DNA of 64,000 nt from Octopus vulgaris (taxonomy: Eukaryota): assembly GCA_951406725.2 (NCBI GenBank), contig OX597823.1, positions 92,194,001 to 92,258,000 on the forward strand. Reading direction: 5' to 3'. Positions 35,404 to 47,533 of the stretch are shown piece by piece. The stretch's first letter is position 1. Each line of letters starts with the position of its first letter. The notes beneath the pieces were generated by a model, which ran no database searches, was not told the origin of the DNA, and was given only the letters and a program-made list of their open reading frames with translations. Made by a program: the position numbers and the translations under genes.

Positions 35404-38400
35404 TCACACGGTTCCTTGCACGCACAACACTCGTGCAACATACTTCCATCTCTTTTGGAACGTACACTCTGACAGACACCTCTTCTCCAGCCACAGTTTC
35501 CTTTTCAAATGAAAAGAAAAAAAGGATCGTAAATTGTCACCAGAGATAAAGTTGCCTGTCTTAATTCCTTTTATCCCAGTCTTCCATACAGCCTCTTTTG
35601 CTATTGCTACAACCGTGAGAAAAAAATTCTTACCTTCGTTCGTTAGAACTCCCGGTGGGTCAATTTTTATAATTGACTCAGTCGACAGCCGTACTCTTCC
35701 TTCGCCGGACAACAGATGTTCAGCATAAGCCCACATTTCAGTTATCTCCGGACACTGAACAATAGCGTGAGGGACGGTTTCCCTGCCCCCCCGCATCTTG
35801 GACAGGTCGGCGACTGACGTTTACCATGTCTTGCGAGCTTATCCCAAACGGGCAAGGCACCTCTGTAGCATTGCCAGGTTAAGGACATTTGGAAGTTGTC
35901 CAACATTCTCAACCCGAATGTACGATGAAACAAGCTGTCCAGTTGAATAAATCCGAGACCTAGAGTCGACCCCAGGCCATCGTCGCATTCAGACTCTATC
36001 AACCCACTATATAAAATCCGTGTGGAACCCCCACCGCTGGCGTTGCCCGAGCGCCGGAACAGCAAGAGGGCCTTACGGCACTCTTTATGCCACTCACTCG
36101 ACCTCGGTCTACGAGAACACCAGGCTTCCTGTTCGCAAAAACTCTTGAACTCAGGGAACATTTGTCTGGCCAGCGGAGACCACACCCGTTCACTATCCAG
36201 GAGAATCCAGAGGTGCCTCAACCTCAACGCATGTCTGCGCATCATTAACCAAGGCATCCCTAAACCTCCATTTAAAGGCTTTTGACAGCAGACAGAGCGT
36301 TTCACAAGTGGCGACCTGCCCTTCCACAAAAAGCGAAAGAGCTGTCTCTCCAACCTGATCAACCACGAATCCGGACAGGGCACGACGGTCAGGCGGTAGG
36401 TAATGACCGATGCGATAAACACATTGGCCACTTCCGCCCTCCCTTTCAAGGATAGCCACCGCCAAGACCAGGTCTTGACTACTGCAGCCACCCTGCTCAA
36501 TACCTCCGTCCAGTTCTTCTCTATCTGGAGGCCTGGTCCAAACCAGACTCCCAGCAACTTAACCGGTCCCTCCGTCCAGCGCCTAACAACACTGTCTGAA
36601 GGCATCGACTTGCCAACCCAGGTGCCGAGCTGCAAGCCGACCGACTTTTCCCGGTTAATCTTTGCTCCTGCTACCTCCTCGTAAGCCTCAATAGTCTTAC
36701 CTACTTCACGTAGGCGTGCCACTGTGGTTACACTGATAGTGATATCATCCGCGAAAGCCGTAACAAACTCCTCTAGTCCTGGTTCTCTCGGGATGCCACT
36801 CAACCTTTGCAGTAATGGCTCGAGAGCCATCACATACAAAAGTGGTGAAAGCGGACATCCTTGACGAACCGAGCGTCTGATGCAGAACGGCTTCGAAAGG
36901 AAACCGTTCACCCGAACTATCGAGTCAATGTTGTGGTACAAAGCGATAAACCACCTGAGGAAGCCAAGGCCCAGGCCAAACCGCGCAAGTACAGTCGCTA
37001 GGTATCGATGGTCAACCCTATCAAAAGCTTTAGACTGGTCCAAATGCACCAATGCCCCACCTTTGCCAGATTTATTACCAAACCTCTCTATGGTATAGCG
37101 AATAAGATGGAGGGTATCCTGAATGGTTCTGCCTGGGATGGCACATGTCTGTGCCTCCCCGACTATACCATTCGCGACACGCGCCAACCTTTTTGCTAGA
37201 ACCTTGGCCAAAATCTTCACTTCTGCGTTTAACAGAGTGATGGGCCTGAAATTCTCTAGAACGTCCCCCTTGTCCGGGTCCTTTCTGACCAACGTCACTA
37301 CTCCCCGGCGCACAGATCTGGGGATAAACCCATTCTGTTTCCAGTTCGCGTACATGTCAGTCAGTAGTTGCCCGAACAAGTCTGGCATACATTTATACAG
37401 CTCGTACGGAAGACCATCAAGTCCCGGTGACTTACCCGCTTTACAATCGGCCAAAGCCTCCATCACCTCTTCAGGTGTTTTTGGCCCTTCGCAAGACTCC
37501 GCATCCGACCCCGAGAGGCACGGCAGCCCGGTAAGAAAGTCCTCGAGGGCTCTCCCACCACCAGGACCGCCGTCACCCCCGAACAGCTGGGCGAAGTACT
37601 CCCGAAAGACCTCACACATTTTCTCGGGTTCGTTTATCAAGACACCATTTTGATTCGTCAAAGACCGAATAGAGGAACTATTTCCTTGCCGAGCTTCCAC
37701 CACTCGGGCCCATCAAGCGGCTTTGATTCCTTCACTTCCCATTGCACGTAACTTAGCTCTGGTAATACTTCCCATGTGGTGGGCTTCAAGATGCTGGTTT
37801 AACTCCAGTCTTTTCACCCTCGCTTGGTCTGTATTACCAGTCCTCCAGGCTTCTTCTAGTTCCTTAACTAGACCATCTCCTATTTTACGTCCCTTCTTAG
37901 CTAAACTTATGCTAAACCTAATAGACTCATATTTGATGGCTCTTTTTAGGGCGTACCACCATTTGTTATTAATGATGGTACCTGTTAATGCCCTCTGTAT
38001 TAACATCTTGATCCGCTTTCTGTACTCCTCAATCGCCAAAAGGGACGTATTGAGTTTCCAGTAGCCAGATCCCTGTCTATGCAACTTATCTACCGTCAGT
38101 TTACAGGTAACCATCTTGTGGTCACTGTAGCTGACTAGAAAAAACTGTGGACACTCAACTATGGACTTATCTTTTTCTCTAATTAAAATCCTATCTAGAT
38201 ATGTTCTGGTAGACCCGTCACTATTTGACCACGTCCACTGTGGAGTGTTCGGGTGCTCCAACCTATATGGATCTGCTAGCTGAAATTGACTTAGCAGATC
38301 CCGAAAGCCTGGGTTACATTTTCTGTTCATGTTCGAGTTTGAGCCAACACAATCTGTGTGTGCTGCACATATTGTATTAGAGTCTCCCAACACTACTAGT

Positions 38401-38807
38401 GAATGCGACGTGGCTAGGAACTTTCCTAGGCCACGAAAATATTCAGTTTGCGGGCCAATAATGTTTGGTGCGTAAATAGCGACCAGCCTGATTGTCTTGC
38501 CACAAATGAATGTCAAGTCGAGAACGACCAGCCTGCCTTCTGGGTCAGAAAAAACCAACTTTTTCTCGGCTACCCGGTTTCTTTTTAGTAGGACCAACAC
38601 CCCACCCCCACCTCCCGCCCGACTCGGAGAAACGTATTTCTCGTAGCCGTTCAGGAGGGGAAGCAGATCTCTTGGCCCCTTCACCCGGGTTTCCGTTGCA
38701 ACAATTACATCCAAATTTCTCGACCGGATGTCATTCAGAAAGCGTCCTTGCTTCCAGCTTGACAACAGGCCATGAACATTTAAACAACCAATGTGAATAG
38801 CCATCAC
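35404..38807 (-). pseudogene. Tx1 ORF2: APE endonuclease, RT and C-terminal Cys motif
   Basis: LNVHGL, IYAPN, TYLDRIL, SDH; KSPGLDG, FRPITLLN, DQSKAFD, RQGCPLSP, FADD; CPRC...ETVPHAIVQC. One in-frame TGA at 37713-37715 and a frameshift near 35790. Confidence 0.93.
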
Positions 38808-38913
38808 TTACCTGTTTAATTAGGATTGTCCGGTGGAGAGGGACCCTCCACCTTTTTTTGATCCAGGGTCGGAGGTGGACGGTCTTGGGAAATAGATTTG
38901 TCAAAATCCCGTC

Positions 38914-40372
38914 TCACCACCGACACAGAATTATCAGGTGGAGGGGGAATCTCACCTTTTCCTTTTCTCGTGGGATCGGAGCTGGTAATCCATGAAATAT
39001 CGACTTGTTAAAATCTAATCTCAATGAAGATACAGTCTTTCTGTACTTATTTTGTAGAATTCTATAAGTCTTATTTGAGACTTCATATATGTCGTAATTG
39101 ATAAATTCCTCTGAAAGTTTATCAATTTTTTTTACAGTCTTTATGAGTTGAATGTCTCTCATGAGCTCAGTATCTTTAGTGTATACGGCTATTATGCCTT
39201 TTTCTTCTTTTTCTCTTCTGGCAGTCTTTTTTGGTCGTTGTTCTGTAGTAGTCGCCGCTCTCGGCTGGGTTGCTGGTTGTATTTTTCTTTTGTTTGTTGT
39301 TTTTTTTCTCATCTGTTTCTTCTTTATCTTCTTCCTCTTTGTCTTTTTTCTCCTCTTCCTCCTCTTCTTCATTTTCCTTGCAGTTCCTTCGAATGTGGCC
39401 TAATTGACCACATAAAAAACATCGAGGTTTTCGGCCCTCAACAAACACCACGAGGTTCTCCTCCCCTACCTCAATTGTCTCAGAAATTGTTTGAATTATT
39501 TTAGGGTCCGCTTGAATGAGAAGATTAATTGTTTGACCATCCCAGCGTGGGTTTTCCGTAGCGGTAGCCTGGAGGAGAGTAATTTTTTCTACCTCTTTGA
39601 TTAGGACTGCCGCCAACAACCACATAGGTTCGACCTCTGGCGGGACCCTTGTAATTTTTATTCGCGACGTCCTCATCCCCATATAATAGGGGATTAACTC
39701 CACGTCGTTCGTTTTCAACGTTTCAACTGAGTTCTTGTGTGCTATTTCTTTATTGGTGAACCTTACTTCCACCGTTCCGAATTTTTTTCCTCTTCTCAGA
39801 AATACTACGCCGCCCAATATTGGCTTTAAGCACTTTTCTATTTTCTCTTCTGACATTCTTTGAATTTTTCTTTTTTGTAGACAATATGTTTTGAAAATTA
39901 TTGTTTTTTGCTTTTCTTCCTGTAATAACTTTTGCGGAGGTTCAATTTTCACACCGTTGTCAGTTATTTCCATCATTTTGCTGTATTTCATAATTTCGCT
40001 TTTATTCGTCGACAGTATCTGGGTTCCACCCCCAGCAGCCAACGCAAAACTTTTTTTTCCATTTTTTGGTTCTATCTGGATGCTAGGCACATCAATTATT
40101 CTCTTCGACACAATGCCTTTGTTCTCTGGCAAAGTCGGAAACTCTTCTGGTGAAAGTTCTGACGAGCTCTCAGACACATCTCCAAAAATATCAAATATAT
40201 TATCCTCTCTGCTATTCCTTCTTGTAGCGGGGGAAACCCCTATTTCCTTGTCTGTAGTTGGCTCCTCGCCGGACATGTATTTCCTCCACACAACAGGAGA
40301 AACAAGTATTTCTGCTCCAACGGTAGGCTCCATGCTAGGCGACATTCTTCCCCCCAAAGGGGGAATGAACAA
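38914..40372 (-). pseudogene. Tx1 ORF1 gag-like protein with CCHC knuckle
   Basis: CFLCGQLGHIRRNC, SFA motif; probable frameshift in the K/E-rich tract near 39300. Confidence 0.8.
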
Positions 40373-41753
40373 CGCGTGCTACCACAAGCACTAAGTGTTT
40401 TCAATTGAAAACTCCAACAGTTAAGTTATTCAACAGTTTAACAAGAAACAACAGTTGTTAACAATATTAACACCACGAAACAGGCAATTCTTACTTCACG
40501 AACACATGTGCGACAGAAGAAATACGGCTACGCATTTCGCCGGGCGTGCTAACGTTTCTGCGAGCTCGCCGCCTAGACTGCTTGTTATAATAACAATAAA
40601 CCATAATGAATGAAACTGTACAATAGAGGATTAGCACTAACTAGAACTTAAGTAGCAGAAACAAAACGTGAAATATGTCCATTCTATAGATATTTTATTT
40701 TACTTTTTAATTTCAGACCCAAACTTCTAAAACCACCTAACATAATAAAAGAAATAATTATTATTCTTTTCTAAATTATCCACTAGGGGGCACCACTTCA
40801 AGAATGAGAATATAAAAAGAAAAAATATTAAAAAAAACTCTTTTATGTAGAAAGCAAGTTACATTTTAGTGTTTATTGTCATTAAATGAAAATGGGTATA
40901 TAAATTTAGTAGGATAGTCACTTGTTAGTCGGATTTATATTTGGAATATGTTAGATATTGTAGAAATTTAAGTCCTATTATTATTTCAGTTGACTTCAGC
41001 ATATTTCTGCTGATATCGAGACAGCGACATCTTAATTTTAGATCCTCGTAGACAATAAAATAAAGAAAAGAAGTCTATCGTTGGCTGAATATCGGAAAAG
41101 TTTTGTGTCGTGAACAATCCGTTCCTCCAGAAATCTTTGAAGTGTAGCGGAAAATCGTTAAGAAACACAGGAAACATCTTTACTATTCGTGCATATAATA
41201 GCCACAACGTATTTCTAGGAAAGGCTAAAAATAACAGTTAAGTCTTCTTTGAATAATATCATTGCTGTAGACAAAGAAAGAAATAACAATAGTTGCGATG
41301 ATCTATTGTATGCGAACAAGATACAGGATTGTAATCCTGCTTGTCCATTTTTTTATATAAATATATAAGTGTTTCTCTTGATCAGAAGACTGATACTGAA
41401 ATAACAGCAAACTCAATGGCATATACAAATGTATTACGCAGTCAGAACAACAACAATCACATCAATAATTCAACGTGTCCGAGATTTACTATCAAATAAG
41501 CATGGCGCACAAAATATATTTTTACGACCACAGAAAGCATGCGTTTTGTTTTTTATGCAAATATAAAAAAAAAGCGTAGAAACATACATGAAGAAAATAG
41601 ATACAACATACAATCAAATTTAGTTCCGAAATAATCATATGGGTTATATACTGTAACTTCTGCGGTATATCTATGTAAGCCTAAGTTCTTTTGAAACAGG
41701 ATTAGAGAACTAACGTTATATTCTCTGCAGGAAAGACAGGTAAAAAGATACAG

Positions 41754-41811
<58 letters not shown>

Positions 41812-42039
41812 TATATATATATGTATATGTATGTATGTATGTATATTATCAATTATGTTTACATGTCTGCACTAATATGCATGCTCCGCATTATACAATA
41901 CGGTTGTATATTTATAAATCAAGACAGATAAAGAAAGCTTGCTCATCAGCTCACCAGAAAATTACGGTTATACCAATGACTCAATTCTAAGTATACATAC
42001 AAACTTTTCCCTTTATATACACACATACACACACGTATA

Positions 42040-42510
42040 TATAGGGAGAATTTACGGAAAACAAAGACAGGTGGTGTACAAAACAAACAGGTGTATTAGT
42101 ATAACGCTCAGGAATAGAAAAAGTCTTTAAAGTTTCGAGCCTTCGCTCTTCTACAGAAAGGGACACAGAAAAAAAACAAGGAGAGAAATAAGGAGAGAAA
42201 AAATGTCTCTAGTGGCTAGCGATATATCATGGCGACTGACTGCCGGACAGAAGGATCACACAGGAGAGCGAAGAAGTAGGGGAGATAACAAAGTAAAGGT
42301 GACCCCCAACACGAAGGTGCGTGTGTGTATAAGAGAGTGTAAGTGCGTGTGAAAGAGGGCTGGTGGTCTGGACGTGTGCATGTATGTATGTGAAGGTGTG
42401 AAAATGTGGGGATGGGATATATATATATATATGTATACGAAATGAAAGATCGAGACTGCACAAAGTTAGGTGTGTGACTGTGTGTGCGTCTGTGTAATGT
42501 GTGTGTGTGT
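42040..42510 (-). mobile_element. PLE 3' fragment (12145 family) with CUGUAGA hammerhead at 42125-42160
   Basis: Aligns with 12150-12490, including GGTCTGGACGTGTG. Confidence 0.75.
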
Positions 42511-43021
42511 ACTTTTATGTAAGATTCAGAAAGGTTTAGCGTCTGACTTTTTGAACCAACCCACAAAACGAATACTGTGATATAATATGAAAGATTTCAC
42601 CGTCTCAATCTAGAGTAAGGATTCATAATGTTTCAGTACCTTGGCAAAAGATCCCTAGGTACCGCACGACATAGATTTACTTGCTCGTAAAGAACATTTA
42701 TACTAATTTTACATACAATACGAGAGGACCCCACATCACAATAAGAAACGCAAAGAATGGCAGGTTTGTCCAACTCAGTCTCAGCAGCATCAAATCAGAT
42801 GAATAGGCCGAGGAAGTTGTGTTTACAAGTAATCTAGTAATCACATTAATGACAGTACTCCATCATGGCCGCAACTCTTGACAAAAACCAGTAAACGTAA
42901 AAGTAAATAGTTTTGAAATATTGTTGGCACTTTGACAGAAAATATATATTCCATGTTTCTCAAGGAAACATTAATACTAGTTCCTGATTTACTTTTGATT
43001 TTGATATTAGTGTTGTAGATA

Positions 43022-43420
43022 CGGCGAGTCTCCAGAACGGTTAGCATGCTGGGCAAAATGCTTAGTGGTATTTCGTCTGCCGTTACGTTCTGAGTTCAAA
43101 TTCCGCCGAGGTCGACTTTGCTTTTCATCCTTACGGGGTCGATAAATTAAGTACCAGTTACGCACTGGGGTCGATATAATCGACTTAATCTGTTTGTCTG
43201 GCCTTGTTTGTCCTCTCTATGTTTAGCCCCTTGTGGGTAGTAAAGAAATAGGTATTTCGTCTGTCTTCATGTTCTGAGTTCAAATTACGCCGGGTCGACT
43301 TTGCCTTTCATCATTTCGGTATCGATAAATTAAGTATCAGTTGTGTACTGGAGTCGAAGTAATCGACTGGCCCCATACCACAAAATTTCAGTCCTTGAGA
43401 CCAGAGAAGAAAAGAAAGGA
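43022..43420 (+). mobile_element. nested Nin-type SINEs: tail-B unit within a tail-A copy
   Basis: GGTATTTCGTCTG at 43067-43079 and 43251-43263 flanks a core plus tail-B unit. Confidence 0.85.
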
Positions 43421-44351
43421 TATACGTGTTGTAGAACACTAAATAAAAACTATGTTACCAAATTCTTATGTAAACGGAGAGGAACTTTTGTGAAAGCATT
43501 TAAAAAAAATAAACATTAAAACGGTAAGATCAATAATACAGCCCTAGGTTCTAGAACTCGTAGGGGTGATCAGCCCGTTCTCATTGCAATTAAATAACCG
43601 ATATTACAACGGTAATATAGCATAAGTGAACGGGATCCCAATCCGTGACAGGATCCCATTGTGGACTAGATCAACGTGAAATGAAGTGCTTTGCTGAAGA
43701 TCGAAACCACGATCTTGCTAGCGTGGGAACCTCCCCCCCACTAAGCCACACCCTTCACTAGCCGTTTCAGTATGTCTTTAATTTCGGTGATTCATAAACG
43801 TGATATGTTTGTGAGATGGGATCGAAAAGCTAGAATGTGAGGCATTGTCAATTCAAGTAAATCGAAACGATTGGAATCTGGGTCTTAAGATTAGTGAGTA
43901 TGTATGCTGAAATCTAAACTACTTTCTGTTTTTGAGAATGGTACGCACAAAGTTAGCCAAATCTGAAATATGAACTTGTAAAGTAACTGAAAAAAAAAAC
44001 ATACGTAAATAAAAATAAAAATAAAAATAAAATTAAAAAATAATAAAAATATATATGATAAATCCTTGAAATCTGAAACATCGATGACCCCAGAAAACAA
44101 GCATCTCCGAAATAATAAATCTCCAATCTATATACTGTAAGCATGAGAAAGAAAAAACAAAGATTAATACAGAACAAAATAGATTAGGAATAAAGAAGGC
44201 AACTCTGTAAAACCAAAATGCGTACAGCCATTTTTCTTCTCCCGGTTGAAAGTAGTTTGTATGCATTGCATGAGACTCTTGCCAAAGCTTCGCCATTATC
44301 TTGACAAACAGATAGATGCAGTATTATGATGATTATTTTTCTTATTGTTGC

Positions 44352-44408
<57 letters not shown>

Positions 44409-44551
44409 CATTATTATTGTTGTTGTTGTTGTTGTTGTTTTTCGTTTGTTTCTAAGATGCATTTTTTCTCGAAATATGACAACAGATAAAACGGCATTAA
44501 CAAAACATTGAATATACAAAAAAAAATTATGAAAAAATATCAATAACAAAC

Positions 44552-44619
<68 letters not shown>

Positions 44620-45017
44620 AAGAGCTTAAAAATACTGAAAAATGTATCTTCTTAAACTTATCTCAAATACACTAGGACTTTGGATTGAATATGTAAGTAT
44701 TTATGTGTTTCTAAATACATACACACATATATACATACATACGTATATATATAAATATATATATGCATACACACACACACACATATATATGCATATATTC
44801 AGGAACTTATACATGTAAGCACATAAGTATCAACGTAAACACACGTATATAGATCTACCATCATCAATGCTAGGACGCCCTCCAAAACAAACCTGGACTC
44901 GCTACCGGAGAAGCCGTTACAACGGCAGCATAAATATATACAGCAGCAACAACGGGGAGAAGTATCCACGATTTGATTAATACTGTTGCTGAAGCTCTCA
45001 AGAAGTGTATCATATTG

Positions 45018-45040
45018 ATATTAATGGAAAGGGTAGTAGT

Positions 45041-45092
<52 letters not shown>

Positions 45093-45229
45093 GCTACTAC
45101 AACAACTACTACTACTACTACGACTACTACTACTACTACTACTAATAATAATAATAATAATAGTAATAATAATAATAACGATAATGATGATTTCATTATT
45201 AATGGAAATGGTAGTAGTTACTACTACTA

Positions 45230-45289
<60 letters not shown>

Positions 45290-45360
45290 ATAATAATAAT
45301 AATAACGATAATGATGATTTCATTATTAATGGAAAGGGTAGTAGTTACTACTACTACTAT

Positions 45361-45398
<38 letters not shown>

Positions 45399-45422
45399 AT
45401 AATAATAATAATAATAATAATG

Positions 45423-45477
<55 letters not shown>

Positions 45478-45500
45478 TAAGAACGATAATGATGATTTCA
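45018..45500. repeat. three tandem compound-microsatellite units
   Basis: TTAATGGAAA(G/T)GGTAGTAGTT-(ACT)n-(AAT)n-AACGATAATGATGATTTCATT, three times. Confidence 0.85.
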
Positions 45501-46540
45501 TTTATTTGTTGCAAGTGCGAAGGATGAGGGGAAGAATACAAAACAGACATAAAGTGCGGGAGTTTACATTTAATTAAATGATAATAAAATAAAATTTTAT
45601 AAAAAATGAGAGAAAAAAGTAAGCATACACAGTATACACTGGAAAAAAGGGAAAATATGTATAGCATACAAAGGTTGCGGGGGGGGGGATGATAGAGATG
45701 TGGCATTCCTGATACAGGAAGGGCTGAAGGGATAATCGAGGAACCCCACAGTCCAAGATTTTCCTGAAACCCCAAGAGCAAGTGCCCTCTCCAATTCTTT
45801 TTCTTTGACTCACATATCTACCCTTAGAGAGGTACCATCCACTCTTGTCATTTTCGCATATTTCAATTACCTTTCAATAAACTCAGTCGAGGACAGCACT
45901 TCCCTCTCTACTCCCAATTTCCTTTTCAAGTGAAACTTGAAGAAGTCACTGAAAGCTCTACTAAAGAGGAATTATCTGTCTTCATGCCTTTCAGCCTTGT
46001 CCATCAAATACTATTTTTCGCCACAGCCAACAGGCAGAGGAAAACTGCCTTGACTAACCGATTGAAGGTGGGCGCCAGTGCGATTGTCACTACGGACTCG
46101 GCCGACAGACGGATCCGTCCCTCACGTGTCAGCAGCTATTCGACATAATCCCACAAGTTAGCAACACCCGGACAGAGAGCGAGGGCGTGCAGAACGGTTC
46201 TGTCACTCTGCGTGCACCTCGAACAAGTCCATCTGACTACACACCCATGCTGTAGAGTTTATCTTGAACCAGTAGCCCCCTCCCATTCCCTGCCCGGCAC
46301 GGTAGCATTGCTAGGCCAAGGACATCTGGAAATTACCCACGATAATCCCTTGTCGGAAAGTCCTCCAGAACAGACAAGCCAATTTGTTGTTGTCGGCGTT
46401 CAGAGTCTCCACAAGAAGGTCGTCTCACTTACCCGCCATTAATCTTCTATAAAATTTTAAGGCGGGACCTCCACCGATCCCATTGCACGACTGGTAGAGG
46501 GCTGTGAGTGCCTGACGAAATTTTAGGTGCCAGGCGCCAT
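45495..46540 (-). mobile_element. Tx1-like LINE family 2, 3' fragment
   Basis: Colinear with 61643-62660; remnant WHLKFRQALTALYQS. Confidence 0.8.
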
Positions 46541-46756
46541 TAATAACATAGCAAAAGCCAAACATATAATTATAATAATAATCAAGAAAGGTACTGACAA
46601 ATATTTTCCCCAGAAACCACAGAAAGCAACAATCTATAAACTCATAAAATTGTGTTGACTTCAATCGCCCACATTCTCAGGATGTTTCTATCCATCTAAT
46701 ATGTACGTACCTATAGTATCTGACTGAGATCAAACCAATCGGAAAAAAAATAATAA

Positions 46757-47278
46757 TCTTTTCTACTATAGGCACAAGGCCTGAAATTCACATCGACTAG
46801 TACTTAATTGATCGTCCTCGAAATAATGATTGGCAAATTCAGTCCAGGTGAAATTTGAGCTCAGAACGCAATGACAGACGAAATACTGGCCAAATATTTT
46901 GTACCATCATGGTAACAATTTTGTCGGCTCATCGAATTAAGCATGAACTTCCTACCTGTAATAACGAGAAATGGCAATACAAAGAGAAAAAGGAAAATAT
47001 TTTTTCTACTATTACACGTAGTAGTAGGACAAATGTTAGAAATAATAGGTGTAAGAGAAGACGTCCTAAGAATTGGTCCAAATTTTGGCACAAGGCTAGT
47101 AATTTCCGGGTGCAAGTCAATTACATCGACTCTAGTGCACAACAGGTATGTATTTTATCGTTCCAGAGAGGATGAAAGACAAAGTCCTTCATTTGAACTC
47201 AGGACGTAAAATTGGAAAAAAAATACTGCTAAGCATTTTCTTCGGCTCGGTAATGTTTCGGCTGGTTCACCGCCCTTC
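46757..47278 (-). mobile_element. two old Nin-type SINEs (46757-46935 and 47075-47278)
   Basis: Degenerate tail A (GGCACAAGGC), core and head. Confidence 0.65.
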
Positions 47279-47382
47279 CAGAAATGGTAATACTCTGAAA
47301 CATTTTGGTGGCAGTAAGACGTGTAAAAATTGTAGCAGCTATGCACAATATATTAACAAATGCAACACTGGGAGCAACATTG

Positions 47383-47464
<82 letters not shown>

Positions 47465-47466
47465 TA

Positions 47467-47533
<67 letters not shown>

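Larger units (their letters stand above)
35156..40510 (-). mobile_element. full-length Tx1/L1-clade LINE inserted in a Nin-type SINE
   Basis: ORF1 plus ORF2; TSD CGGCAGACGAAATACG (35140-35155) and CGACAGAAGAAATACG (40511-40526); SINE halves at 35090-35155 and 40511-40575. Confidence 0.93.

Noticed and set aside
37713-37715. Programmed readthrough between the APE and RT domains
   Set aside because: It is simply explained by a CGA-to-TGA mutation, and the copy has other lesions.
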